From Raillietiella orientalis (Eukaryota): a stretch of 64,000 bases of DNA. A model generated the notes under the pieces. That model was given only the letters and a program-made list of their open reading frames with translations, was not told the origin of the DNA and searched no databases. The DNA lies in assembly GCA_036172245.1 (NCBI GenBank), contig JAYWIR010000008.1, forward strand, positions 1,116,001-1,180,000, written 5' to 3'. This document shows, one piece after another, positions 40,000-53,400 of the stretch; positions within the stretch are counted from its first letter, which is position 1, and each line of letters opens with the position of its first letter. Position numbers and translations under genes: made by a program.

Positions 40000-41300
40000 T
40001 AAGAAAAAAAAGTGTTGCCGACTCTCCGATCGGAGTCTGGGAGTCCTGAAATCACGGACTTTCCTCACAGATAGCTTGCAATTTGCTGATAAGTGTTGCC
40101 GATAATGTTTTTAAACGCCATCTCGAATCAGTTAAGCATTATTGCCTTTGCGATTTTAATTCCTGATAATTCCACTGCGGAGTGCTCTCCAGAAATGAAG
40201 AAGCACATTTCAAAGGTATTTCAGCGTCCTGCCTAAATCGTACATCTGTTCATCGTACAAAGTAAAGTTTATTCATTCCTCATTGGATTATCAATTCCCG
40301 TTTTGTTCTCGTGGATCCCATGGGATAGAAAACGTTTTCGAAATTGCTATGTTCGTCGTGTACTCCAATGCAGCTTTCGACTCTCAAAATCTCTTCGTCC
40401 GTCCTGAAAGAAGTGGCCCTTCTATAATAGTTCGGTTCCATAATCACTTCAGCTATAAAAGATCCAGGCAGGGGATTCTGGATGCATCGTGCTCATAAAT
40501 GTTTGACGCTTGTACAGAATGCTTTGCCCAACACACATAAATCTCGGTTACAAATCATGTGTATGCCGAATTCATACAGATCCATACAACCACCACCTCC
40601 TCTTTGCTCTCACAACACTTCCAGCTGCTTTCCTTCCAGAACATTTCTTTTATGAAATGGCTTGTTTTTAAACGAACTTTTGAAATGAAATTTTGATCCT
40701 TTTGAATAAAGCTGAACTGATACACTTTTATACACCTTTATGGAAACACAGAGGTTTTTATTCCTTTGCGTAATTTGCATTCCGTTTTTATTCCAACAGA
40801 AGGTTGGTGTGCTTTTTTTTTTTTTTTCTTTTTCAAATTGCGGAAACAGATTTTGGAAATTTGTGAATACAAGCAGAAAACCAAAATGAGCCAGGATACA
40901 CTTCCAGAGGAATTCCGGATACCAATATTCCAAAGGAATAATAGTAATCAGCAATGAGAAAGAGGATGCTGGGGCTCTGAATTGTGTGCTTATGCCCACA
41001 ATTCACCCTTAATGCTCCTTTTGCAGTACAATCTAAATATCATCCTTTGCAAAATAGATACGCTTAGGCAAAATCAAAGTGGGTGCTGTTTCCACTTGAG
41101 AGATATTTCGCTCTTCCTTTGTGATTTTGATAATTTTGACACAAGAAGGCTAGAACGATTTCTTTTCATCTCCATAACCTATTTGAGACCAAAATCCGGT
41201 TTCGGAAACAGAGGTTTTCGATCTTTCCAGATGCCTTTGAGTGAGGAAAGATTCGTTTTGAAAGGCTTTCGAAACCCACCTCCAAAATGCTTTTGTTTAA
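40000..41300 (-). mobile_element. Highly eroded AT-rich non-LTR (L1/Tx1-like) reverse transcriptase remnant
   Basis: Ordered, roughly correctly spaced relics: FRKPF (cf. DF.KAFD, ~41270), KQHPL (cf. RQG.PL, ~41090), LIADY (cf. YADD, ~40955), KKKS...KNLCV (cf. N..KS...KYLG, 40820-40745), MFW...RGGGCMDL (cf. FLW...GGLG..D, 40640-40580), GESATLFF (cf. zf-RVT E+..HLF, ~40020). Confidence 0.4.
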
Positions 41301-42049
41301 TGTCTCACCGCATCTTTACTTGAGATGCACGCAATGTCCCATGCAGTGTTACCTCCTCGCACGCTATCTCTACTTGTGACCAAATCGAAGTGATGTTCAC
41401 AGTCATCCAAATTTTCATGGCCGCTTGACTGGTCCATTAGAAATCAGCCCCACCGGAAGAACTGTTATCCCATATGGGAGCGTTGATCTGGCTAATAGTA
41501 GTGTTCTCGAATATTAGGTTACCAAACAACCACAAGACGCCGTCCTTGGAATCAATGTTTCTTCTGAAACTCGGGGCCCCGGGGCCGTCTCCCCTGCCAC
41601 GCGCCTTTCCCGGGATCTCGGTGGATCTCCCGCAGCCAGCGGTTGTTGCAGGGCCCGTAAAAGTAAGGGCTGCGCTCGTTCCGGGCATCGCTCCCGGTAC
41701 CTCGCCCACGCGCCGACGGTTCCCCGCAACCGGGCGCCAACGTTCGCGGGGACGAGCACCCTGGAGGTCCCTCGAACTCTTGCCGTTCCCTACGCGTTGG
41801 TACGCTTGGCGAAAACGCTGCGCCCCTTTGCTTCGATGACTGCTCACCCTTTCAACGTCACCGTCGCCCCGCGAGCGGATTGGCTGCGCGGATCCGCTCT
41901 GCCGCTTGCGCAGCGCCGGGCGCGATGTCGTGCGATTTATTTATGTTTTATTGTTTTCCTTGCGGATTGAAAGGGGAAAGCGGATGCGGGCTGCGCGGAA
42001 GATTTGAAGCGTTCCTCGGCGAGCAGCAGCTCTTTCAGCAGAGCATCTC

Positions 42050-42500
42050 CAGCGCCTCCGAGCTTTGGGGACCGTGCGAGCTGCCTTTCCGAGTCCGCGG
42101 AGACGAGCCTCTTCCTCCGCGAAGACGCACCGGCTGGGAACATTCAACTTCCGTCTGCCTCGTCACCCATGACGACGCGATCCACCCCAGCTTCGGAGCT
42201 GCCACTCGCGGTGGGGATCCATGGATTTCGTCCGGATCCACGGGATGCGCCAAGTCGGCTCAGCGGGGAATGAGCGCTACCCGCTTTCCTTGCATGGCCT
42301 GCGATGCAGGGACCCTCGGGGGAGGGGGAGGGAGGAGCCTCGAAAGGGGGTCGGTGCTCCTCGATGTCCTGGGAGGACTACGGAGGGTCGACTTCCAGCC
42401 CAGCTCAGCCGGCGGGGATGCCACCAGCATCTGCGGCACGCACACAGAGAGCCAGCGTCATCTTACGGGGGGACTCGAAACCCACGACGCACCTTTCCGT
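42050..42500 (-). mobile_element. Decayed Ty3/Gypsy reverse transcriptase remnant
   Basis: In order: GFESPRKMTLAL (cf. G.+E+..MPFGL), SSQDIEEH (cf. S...EEH after YxDD), RKLNVPSRCVFAEEEARLRG (cf. KLN..KC.F...E+.+LG). Confidence 0.45.
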
Positions 42501-45500
42501 TTTCGGCGTCGATCCTTCCTTCGGTGGGGATTCGGACCCGCGACTCTGGGCATCACGCGGACCACGCGCCACCACACGGACTCCGACGCTGGAGATGGTC
42601 TCCATTCGTGCCAGACAGTGTCCTTTCAGTTCCACGCACGCGCGTGAGACACTCGAGCGGACTGGTGCGACTCGAGGCGGTGGCGTCCGGCGCTTCGCAA
42701 GGCCCTCGAGCCGCGTCGGTTCTTCCGGTTTACTTGCATCCGCGAGGAGGTTCGGAACGGGGTTTCTAGATCGACCACCCTCGTGTGGCTATCCACCCGC
42801 GCGCTGATTCATCCGGGAATGGCGACGAGCAGTGTGACTCGTAACCAGGCGACTTGTAGAGCGGAACCGCGCAGCATCTTCTAACGGGATGGCGAGGGTC
42901 GGGGTTGATCGGCGCGCACACGAGGGTCGGAGTCGGTGCCGCCACTGCTCTTCAACGATGGACAGGTGGAGACGTCGAAAATGGAAACGATGAAAAAGAG
43001 AGGGGAAGGGAAGGAGGGAGAGGAAAAGAGAAAGGGAGCTCCGGACCTCCGAAGTCCTCTTCGGCACCGCCAAAGAGTCGGCAGACCAGCCGTTCGCTGT
43101 GACGATGACGCAGCGGCTGCGGCACGCGGGCTGGGTCAGTGCGATGGATTCTCACCCAGGTACTCCGGGGACAGTTATTTACAAATTAAATAAACATTTA
43201 CAAAGATTGTGGTTAAACCCGTGCTACAACCACGTCCTTTTCAGATCCAACCTGCCGGATTACCGGTTCGCAGACCGATGCAGTCCATCACGGGAGCGGA
43301 GGGAAAGGACCAAACAAAAAGGAAAAAAAAGAAGCGACAAATGGAACAAAATAAATAAATTTGAGGAGGAAGAGGGTGGGAAAGGGTCACATCCCGCTGG
43401 ATGCGGTCCTCTGCATCCTTTGTAGGATGCCGGCAGGGCCTTGCTGGATATGGCTGTCCAGCTGAGGCCATCTCGTTGCCATCTTCATGAAGCGAACAGC
43501 GAAGTGGATGTGGCATCCTGTCGCTCGCTCCTTCTCTGGCATCGCTCCAGGAAGCGACCATCCCGCGTAGGCAGTGCAGGGATGCTAGCGAGGCTGCCGG
43601 CCGAAGGTCGTTGCGTACGTGTGGGGGGATCTCAAAGCGTCCATAGAGTTGCCGCCGGGGGTTCCTAGGGTCGCGGCGAAGCGTTTCCAGTGGGGATGGC
43701 AACACAGTCCACCAGCAAGTGCGGGAGGGATCTACGTTCCCGGTGCGATGAGGGCGCGTGGGTGTCTGCCGATGTGGCCGTCGAAGTGTGGTCCTGTCTC
43801 GATGTCCACTGGGCTGGCGCAACGACGCGGCGTGTGAGTCAGAGGGATTCATTTGTCCTTTCTCATGTCCCTCCACTTTTTTGTTTTTTTTCGGTCCTCT
43901 TTTTAGGTGCGCCAAACACTCGAGGTTCATTGCTTCGCCGCATTGAAGGTACCCAGTGGCTCAACGAGGCCACCACTTGCAAGGTTATTCCGCTTACGCG
44001 CACCCGAGGTGTGCGCGCGAAGCAGATAGGCTGACCGCGAAGTTTCCCGATTCCCGCTGCCGGGTCGACGGGTCACGCGGCTGCGGACGCGAGAGCGCAC
44101 TGCCGTCTCGGCCCACGCGAAACCCGGAGCCGTCCCAGAGTCATCTCGAGGGCAGACTCGAAAACTCACCACCCAGCCCGACTGGACGTCGCTCCCCTTC
44201 ACGGTGAGCCCACGACCCTGGTGCCGGAACCGTGTGAGCGCCGACTCATCCGAGTCTCTCGCAAGCCGGGTGACCCAGAAGGGCTTAAGGGAATTTGGAC
44301 GTAGGGCCGGTCGGTACTCGCACGACTGTTGCCCAAGGGTTCGTACGAGTGCGCGGGAGTGGCGCGGTAGGAAGCGCTAGAGGCTTCCTTCAGTACATGA
44401 AATCCCTCAGCTCGCTCGATCATGAAATGGAGCCGTTTCGCCCACTTTCTTCGATTTTTTTCCCCTCATCTCCCGCAGCACACTATCGTTCCCGAAACAC
44501 CGATGAGCCAGCGGTGATCTCGCGATCCGGGACTCGGGTTCTTCCCGGGAGTGGCAGGGACAAGAAGCGGGTGGCTTTCCCTCTTCTTTCACGCGCCTTC
44601 TTGTACGCTCTCGTAGTGCCTTCGAGTGGACAGCATGCGCTTTGCATTGTTTTGCGCATGCGCGCGTGTATGTATTTTTTTACTCCCTTTTCCAAGCGAA
44701 AAGCCGAAGCGCACACATCGTCTTTTGCAACATTTGTTGTTTTACCATAATCTTTGCACTCGTCCGCCTGCAGCATGGAAGGCGGCAGACACGGATGGGA
44801 AAGGGAAGAAGGAAGTTGCCAATTCGTTCACTCCGAGGGAATAAAGAACGGAAATCGGCTCTCGAAAGAGACTCGTCAGGAAAGGTTGGACCCTGCAGCA
44901 GGCGGACAGAGGGTGGCCCAGGCAGCTCGGTTCTTGCAGCCTGGTCCGGCGACGACGTACCAGCAAGATACGGCGCGCAGCAACGCTTGCTCTCGCCGTC
45001 GCACCTTCTTCCGTCACTCCGGCCCTGCTGGTCCCCCTCCACCGCTGAGACGAGCTCTTCCCTCCTAGCCATCGGCCCGGCAAAACGGCTGACCGAGATG
45101 TTTCTCTCTCGCTGGCCGGACTAAGCCCACGGCAGCGTCCGACCGCTCGGATCAACCGGAGGTGCACCCGTTCTTGCAGCGCACAGTGGAGGACACGACC
45201 GGGTGCACCACGCCTGCTCCTGTGCCCATCCGCAAGCCGACGGCGCCCTTGCCGGCCAGCCAGGCGCGTGCAAGTTTTCCTTTTACGAAAGAAACGTCCC
45301 GGCGTGTCCGGATGTCAAACCAAGTCGACCAGCTCGACGGGACGGGGTAAAGGAAGGCTGCTTGCTCACCCCTTTTGGGAGGCGGGCGCAGTTGCTGTTT
45401 CCATTCCCCCTTTGCTGCCTAGGTGAAACTCGCCGGACTGCCTGCAGCTTACTCGGCAAGTCCCGAACACATTCGAAGGCTGTAAGGCCAATAGCCCTAC

Positions 45501-45898
45501 ACTTTGCATGTTTATTTTTATAATAAACACCCTGGTGAACCCGGGTCATAAACCGATCGGGAAACCCAAGTTTCCAAAAATTTCTTCTAAGGAAACGAGA
45601 ACCCACGATCGCTCTGGGTCAACTCGCAGCAGCGTGGTCGATCGCACGTTTCCGATTTGAACGCCCCGGTGTTCCTGCAGGCATCCTAAGGGAGGGACTC
45701 CGCCCCGCGCACCCAACGGGGTGCCCGCCGAGACTCGAAATTTTCCCACCAGGCATGGAACGCACTCCCCGCAAGACGGTCGGATGAAGCCCTTTCATTC
45801 CCACCTTTTCCAGTTTCGGAGCAGCAACTGGTGGGGAGCACGCGCGCTCGCACTTTGAGGAACGCCGTGGGTTTCTCGCAGCCAAGGGAGGAAGGGAG

Positions 45899-45985
45899 GG
45901 CGACGCCGCCAGTGTTGGAGGCATCTGCGTGGCTGCGGTCACGGCGGGAGTGGCGGGTTCGAATCCCACCCGGGGAAGGATCGAC
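45899..45985 (+). repeat. tRNA-derived SINE head or tRNA pseudogene
   Basis: Perfect Pol III B-box GGTTCGAATCC at ~45956-45966 in a T-arm-like stem, with a weak A-box (cagtgttgg) upstream. The acceptor stem does not pair. A related copy is at ~59327. Confidence 0.5.
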
Positions 45986-48900
45986 GTCGAGAGTTGGGTG
46001 CGCCGCCCGTTTTGAGTCTCCCCGCGAGATGACGTCGCGTGGCCCAGAATCGGGGACTGCATCGGCGGAAATCCGCAAACCTTCGTCCGCCCCCGATGAG
46101 CGGGCGCTGTTCGAAGTGGACCCTCTCCGATGTCCTTCCTGGAATCCAGGAGACCCTCGGGGCTCCCTTCCGGTTGTAAAAATGGGGCCTCCCCAACCCC
46201 TCGGGGCAACCCCATCCATCGCTTGCCATAGAGCTGGCGGATCCAACCCCAAACATGAAGAAGGGGGGAGCTGCTGCCTTCGGGGAGGAAACCAGGAGCG
46301 GTTCGCTTTCGCATATTCACCGGAGAGAATAAGGAAGAGTTGGTTCCCTTAGGGACGTCTCTCTTCGGAGACAACCAGAACGAGGGATCCTTTCCGGGTT
46401 CCCTTGCCAAGAGCGAGAGCACCTCCTGGAACCATAGGCGAACCAGACCGACCGTTTCCAAGGAACGCAAAGGTGGGGCAAAGGGTTGTGTGGCTTGGGA
46501 GGATTCTCCTGGCGCAGGAAGCGTCCTAAATACCAGAGGACAAGCACCTTCTTTCTGTTTTCAAGTATCTAACTTTGTTGCGCTGGAGCGTGCGTACCTT
46601 TTGGGAAAAGAAACGAACCATTCGGGGTTCCATGCGAGCACACGAGCAAGGAGAAAAGCTCGAAAGGGATAAAGAAGTAAACGAGAAAAGTTTGATATTT
46701 GATCGTTTGCAATAGGGAAGGGGCATCGGGAAAGGATCACAGCGCCTCCCGCGTCGTTCCATTCCTCCTTCGCAAGTGCTGGCGACTGGGCACTCGGCGT
46801 TCTCAAATGGAGACAGAACCAACTAGCGGCCATCCACACGAAGTGAATGGCACCCCCGTCCGTGTGCCCCCCAGGAACAGGTCGATCTCCAGCTCCACCT
46901 TCTGGAGACGGACTGGCCAGGCGTCTGAATGGAACAAGTCCCCCCGACGGAACTCACAAGCACTTCAAGTACTTGCGCTTGCGCCAAGCGTGTCCACTCA
47001 TACTGTTCAGCCCAAGTCGCACCCACTATCCGAGAAATCGCCCTGTTTATCCCCTCACCCTCCACACGGCTTCACAACTGCAAGAAGGTCTCGCGCAGGG
47101 CTGGATGTGGGAAACGGGAGCAGGAGATGGTGGCCATGACTTCAGCGCCAACTCAAGGCATGTGCTGAAGAGCAGGAGGCTCAGGCTGCCGCCCTGGCAA
47201 ATGCCGCGCCCCACCGGCAGGTCCACGTACACGTGTTGACCTCTGAAAGAGAGGGTTGTGAGCGCATCGCGCCTGCGGGAGCGCGCATAAGCCGTTTAGG
47301 CGGTTGGAGAACCCATGCGTTCGAAGGGCTCTGCAAGAAACTGCCCAGAAGGTCCACACATTCGAATGACCTTCGCAGGTAAACTGAAACCGCTAGGGCT
47401 CCCTTCCGTGCTCAGAGAACACCGCGACATTCGGGAGGAGGTCAACCGTTTTCTCCATCCCTGTCTCTGCTCCGTGCTCCTGTCCCCGAAACCATGCGCT
47501 CTCGAAAAAGAGGTTGGCAGGCGAACTCATCTCGAAAAGGGCTGAAGTCCATGCTGAATCCTCTCGTGTGGACGGCGCACGTGGCAGGCGCTTCCGAACG
47601 GATCACCCTGAACGACCCGCTTTCCTAGCGGTGCGGTGTCTCCTTCCGCATCCACCCCAAATCCGTCTGCAACTCGGTTGACTCGTAGTACTCGTACGAC
47701 TTTCTCAGTCGGGAAACATGGAACGCCATCCGGGCGTGCCACGATACGATGGAAGCTGGAACGCAAGACGTGGCGCCCGCACATCCCACAGTCACTTTGA
47801 GCGACTGCGTTCCTTTTTCCTGCCCGTGCTGCTGTTGGGCCGGTGAAGTGACGAACAGGCACCGCTCCTGCCCGCAACGGCGGCTGGGCAGCGCACCAGG
47901 GGCAGCCCTCGCACAACTCAAGGCATCAACGCGGGAGGGGCGCTCGAAAAGTGCCACGGGACAGCCGCCCCCCGTGTCGAGTGCCGGTTCGCTGGACGAC
48001 GGGACGCGATCCGTGCCCGATGAGCACGCGAAACAAAGCGTCATCCTGCCGGGCGGACTCGAACGTCTCCGCTCGTTGAAGGCGCTCCAAGCCGCGCTGC
48101 TTCCCTTCCGACGGGGATGGCGGCCGCACCGACGAGGACGCCCGCCCGCCGGCGTGCTCGCCAGGATGCCGGGAACGACATCCATGACGGCATCTCCCCC
48201 AACGAAGCGCGCGCACACAACTGTGGTTCCTCGATTTCCCCTCTTCCCACCCCAACCATTTTCAGTGAGCGGCGGCCCTCCCTCCCGCATCCTGCTGCTT
48301 GGGCCGGTGACTGCCCCCTGCAGATGGTCCCCGGGACAAAAGTTGATTGAGGAGCGCCTCTGCGCCAGACTCTTGGCGACTGCTTCATTCGCTGCACACC
48401 AGCAGAAGGAGGAATCGGCTACCATTGCGGAAAGGCTGCAAGAGCGGACCGCCCCCGCTCGAGCGCCCCCGTCTCGGCGCCGACCTTTGGTGGGCGTGCA
48501 CGCAGCTCAGCCCGCGGGCGCTCTACTGGCCAGCGATCGTCAGAGACCGCATTCGCTCCTCCGGTGGGGAGGTCGGGATGCGGAGTGTACTCCCGACGCG
48601 CACACGCGCCTGCGAGGCGCAGGGAAAACGGGGCAGCGCCCTGGGAGGCCATCTGCGTGCCATGCATTCTCTTCCTTCCATTCCTTTTCTTCCTTCACTT
48701 TCAATGGTTCCTTCTCCACTTTTCGTTTCCAGGGCCCCCCGGTCCCTGGAAACGCACCGGGAAGCTCAGGACGTTCGGAACATCGCGTGCAGCCTCCTCA
48801 AGCAAGCTGGTGCAATGGCGTACACGTAGCATAACGGATTCCGTTTTTTCGGCATCTCTGCTGGCATCCTCTTGCTGCCCAGGGCACAGGTGGTGACGAC

Positions 48901-49329
48901 TCCACGTACCGTCCTTGTGACATCCTTCTTGATCAGGAAGAGCGCCTCCTGCCTCCCCGGGGAACCTTCGGCCTCACGGATCACCACCGCCTTGCTGGTG
49001 ACGTGGGCTTAGAAGCATTCCTTCTCTTGCCAACCCTCCGATTTCGGAGGCACGGAGTCGGCCTCCTCCATCGGACGATGGGGTCAGGAAGGCACGCAGG
49101 AGACGGGGCACCAAGGCAAGGGACGGCAGACGGGAGCGTTGGCCGCCAACCCTTCGTTCCCGTCCGCATCCTGCTCACCCTCCAACATCTCATGCACCGG
49201 GACTTCTTGCTACAGGATGTCACACACTAGGTGTTCTTGGGTTGGGATCTCACGCCTGGGGTCTTCTTGTTCTGGGTTCTCACGTCTCGGATGTTTCCTT
49301 TCCCGCATATCGGGAACGGGATCTTCTTC

Positions 49330-50495
49330 CTAGAGCTCTATCTGCGGTCGCGCTACGCTGTCCTTCAGGTACTCGGCGGCAAGCATCAACATGTACATGG
49401 AGATCTTGAGGTCTTCACTCTGCTCCCGCCTCGCTTCCTCGCTCCGCCGGTAGAGCTCCTGGAAGGGAGCGGGAGTCACAAAGCTGAGGTACGCGGGTCG
49501 GACATCTGGGCCAGCCTGCCCCCATCCTCGATCGGCCGGAGGCGTGGCGTATCGCGGAGCGGACGGGACGTACCTTGTAGCGGTGGGCCTGTCGAAGCGC
49601 CTCTCGGCACTGCTGCCGCAGCTGCAGGTTTTCCTCCTCCAGTCTGGAGACTTTTTCGGATTGGTCCCCGATGGAGGGGAAGGAGCTACCAACGGCGCGG
49701 GACGTCTCTTCAGTAGTCCGCCGGTCCTCCGGGTGCGCGTCCGGCTTCTGCAACGGGAAGCCGTGCAGGAGATGGGAATTAAAGCGGCGCCCAGCCGGCT
49801 CACCCCCGATAAACGCTCGTCCGGACGAGCCCTCTTCGGCAGGGCAGACGCGGCCGTTTCGCAGTCTGCGCAGGAAAACGGTCGTGCCTGAAAAGCCTGG
49901 GGCTCCCACCCCGTTTCCTCGAGAGCCGGGCAACGGGTGTCACCCGCTGTCCCTCAGTCGGCTGCTGGCGTCCCCGTCCGGCAACGGCGGTGAAGCGACT
50001 TCCGCGCAGAGACAACGCGCACGCACCATGCAACACCGACGGCGTTCGGAGCGCCTCGGGCGGCCGAGCTACGAAACCACGTAAGGTACGGCACAGGTCG
50101 CGAGCGGTCTCCTCCGGGGGCCAACGATACACGAGACAACGGGAAACATCCCCTTCTTGCCCTCGTTGCTTCCGGTGCGAGACGATGGCGCGCCGAGGGT
50201 GGCGTCACGAAAGTGACTGACGCCCGCGGCGACAGGGAGAGCAGCATTCGCACACGACGTCACTTCTCCATCCCTATAACCTCCCCCACTCACCTTAGGC
50301 TAATGCTGAGCACGAATGCGGGAAGAGGGCGCGAACCTCCCGACCGGAGCAGCGAGAAAAGGAAAACGTACTTACCTTCTCTGCCGCGTGTTTCCACTTT
50401 CTCGTCCTGTCCCATAGGAGGAGGCATCCCGCGCCCGCCGCCGCCAGGGCGGGCAGCAGGAGCCACTGGGGACGCATCCATGAAGAGGATTCCAT
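49330..50495 (-). CDS. Hypothetical 140-aa protein: N-terminal hydrophobic anchor plus coiled coil (3 exons)
   Basis: Exons 50495-50376, 49747-49574 and 49458-49330. Donors AAG|gtaagt and AAG|gtacgt; acceptors cccgttgcag and cccttccag; both introns phase 0; no stops. Product: MESSSWMRPQWLLLPALAAAGAGCLLLWDRTRKWK...VSRLEEENLQLRQQCREALRQAHRYKELYRRSEEARREQSEDLK...IEL. Confidence 0.6.
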
Positions 50496-53400
50496 CCTTG
50501 CTGTTTCTTCGTTATTATGTTTTCTGGCTCCTTCTTCTGGTCCTTCTCCTTTTCTTCTTAAAGTATGGACAACGGGGAAGTTGGGATAGGATACTGGCGT
50601 ACAATGGTCAGTTGCTACGAGACCACCCTTGGAATAACTCCGCTTTCTCTTCTTCCATCCAGCCTACGTAGCCTGCTCGCCACCCCTCCGCCCCATTCGG
50701 GCCCCACGTCAGGCCGTCGCTTTCCCCCTCTACCGCCGGACGTGTCGCCCGGTAGTTGCCCAGCGCCACCGGCATCGAAGAGGCTCTTCGTCGTGTCCCT
50801 GGCAGGAAGTCGTTTCACCTTCGCCCTCGGAAGCGAGACCAACCACCCCATCGGGCGGGCCGGAGAGCCCTTGCAGCGGTCTTGCCAGCGCTGAACGAAG
50901 CACATTCAGCAGGGACGCCCCAGCCGCCTAATCAAAGCCGTGGGATGCGCACGTGCCAACGGAAGCGGCGCCTTCTTTCGTGATCCCAAGAAGCAAACCG
51001 AAAATAAGATTCGGCATCTCCCGAGAAAGTTCACTTGTGGAGCGCTGGAAATGACAGGAAGAGGAAATACCAAGTTGTTTTTGGTTTTGCTTTTCATTTG
51101 TTGGCTTTTCTATACTTTCCCACGATTTTGAAATGCACGGGCCTGCAATTCCACGGGAAGGGGCAGCACGCTGGACCCGGAGAGTCCACGCATGGAAACG
51201 GTACGCTGAGACCGCTGGTCCACCAATCAGCGCTGTTAGACCGCGGAGTGGACCGGCCGATTGGGAATTCATGCCCTTTCGGCTGACAAAGTGCGTTGTG
51301 CTCCCGCAGCGAGCGCATCTGCAGAGTTCGGGAAGGAGGAGGTTGCTGTCGTGTACCCTATGTCCGATTCCTGAGGGTAATATACATGGATGGGAAAAGC
51401 AGAGTAGGAATTCTTGAAAACAGTCCTATTTCCAAGGACTTCTTGGTCCAGCCATGCAGATGCTGCATGTTTCCGTTGCGATTCGGGCCATTCACGAAGG
51501 GGAGAGAGGTCTGTCGAAGCCGCTTTTGCCTCCGTCGACGACGAGGAACGCGAGCGTCTGGAAGAACCCTGCACGATGGAAGAAGTTTCTTTCGCCGTTT
51601 GAGGGATCCAGGGACGGAGAGCAGCATGCGAGGATGGCTGCACCTGCGTGGACCATTGGGCGCTTGGCAGCAATGCTCGAGGAAGGGGCGGTGAGCATGT
51701 GGACACCTGTCAGCGGGGCGGATGGTTACGTTCAGCAAGGCGGTGCGTTTCCTGGCGGATGGAGTAGAATTGCACCGTCTCGACCACTGGCGTTCCATCC
51801 CCTCGGTGGATCCGGACGCCAAGTTGTTCTGAAAGCTGTCGCTCGCGCGATTAGGGAGTATCGCAGAGTCCCTGGCAAGCCCCGAGCAGGCTTACGCTGC
51901 TCCCGTGAGGTTCGTGGGTGCGAACTTTTCTCTCGCGCGGGGATCACTTCGGTTGCAGCTTCGCGTTGCTCAGGACAGCCACGGCGCAGCGTGAGGTGCG
52001 ACGGGCTGGTTGCGTAGGATCAACGGCGAAACGCCTGGAGTTGCCGCGGTCGCAGTCGATCTTCTTCAGGCGTTCCACTCCAGAGTGGAACGCCTGAGTT
52101 GGAGTGCAAAGGGGGACGAAAGGCGATCCCTTCCTTCCATCTCCCTCCTCTCAGGAAAAGCTTTTTCGTCTTTCCTTTTTGTTTGTTTGCTTTTGTTTCA
52201 AGTTCTCTCTTTCCCTTCGCTGCCGGAGCGGATACCGCCGGTCCTCATACCTGCAGGTTTCATGTTCTTCTCCTCTTTCCTAGGACGTGGCATGTATATG
52301 TTCCCACCACGACGAACGAATATTTATCCATATGATCTTCATAAGAAATGCCCGGGCGAAACCGGGGAATAACCCAAGAACTTTCGCCAGAGCAGAAAGA
52401 GGGAACCCAAACGATTGCTTTCCAAGAATGCCGCAGGGAGACCCCACCGGGAGTCGACTGCGCGTGTCCTGTGGGAACGTCAGCGATCCGCTGGCGACGA
52501 CAGGTTACGGGGTTTTTCACCCGGATAAGCCGGGGCTTTTATGATTAAAATTTTACAATGAACTTTATAATAAAGTCTGGTCTTGTTTGTAGTTTTTTCA
52601 GTCAGAACACATGGTTCTGACTGTCTTGGTGCACTTGTCCTCACCGGCCTGCGGGCCGGTGAGGGGGTATGGCCCACGCATGCGTGCATTCGATCTTGTT
52701 CTCCTGAAGGAGATCTCAGGATTTCTGAGGACGAAGCTTCCGAGATTTATAACCCGCCCCAGCAAGGCGTTCATTCAGAGGAATGCACAAAACGAATCCC
52801 TCCCCTCCCTCCCATTCCAAAAACAAAAAGGAGAAACGAAAAATTCGCAGACAGCTAGGAAAGAACTTCGAGGAGAGTGCGCACCGAGATGCAGATCGGT
52901 AAACTCAGATGACCATAGGGCGACAGATGAAGGAAAGAGCGTGGAGACGGAAGTCACTGGATACGGCTGTCTCTTCCTCCTGGCACCGGCGATGAGTGCC
53001 ACTGATGGCTGCCCCCAATCCTTCCTTCAGTTTTTTCATCCGGGTTTTCCGGGGCGTTCTTCGAAGAGGTAACGAAGCTTCAGATCCTTGCGTGGGACTC
53101 TGCATCCTTCCAGGTCCTATGAAGTAGGAACCTGCCGAGTTGCCGGAACGCAGTCCGGCGAGGTACGTTACCACAGCTAAGGGGGGGGGGGGAGGTACGA
53201 AGAAACAAACAGGCAAAAAATAAAGCAAAATAAGAGGAAAAGACTGCGGAAGAAATTGCTGCACGTTTTTAGGCAATCTCTTCATCTGATCCAGGATGCA
53301 GGCAGATGTTGCTTCGGATGTGGCTCACTCAGGTAAGACCTTGGCGGTCCTGAAAACGCTTCACGGAAAGGAACGCTGGCGCGCGTTTTTTTTTCCGACT

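Noticed and set aside
43619..43837. WGDLK motif resembling some DNA-transposon proteins
   Set aside because: The expected cysteines downstream are absent.
46900..47780. LNGT...HFKYL and FLSRETWNAI, like a CR1/L2 RT tail
   Set aside because: Two short motifs only; plausible but unsupported.
50069..50293. SH3-like GKKGMFP
   Set aside because: No ALYDY or WW motif and no usable splice sites; it lies in the orphan gene intron.
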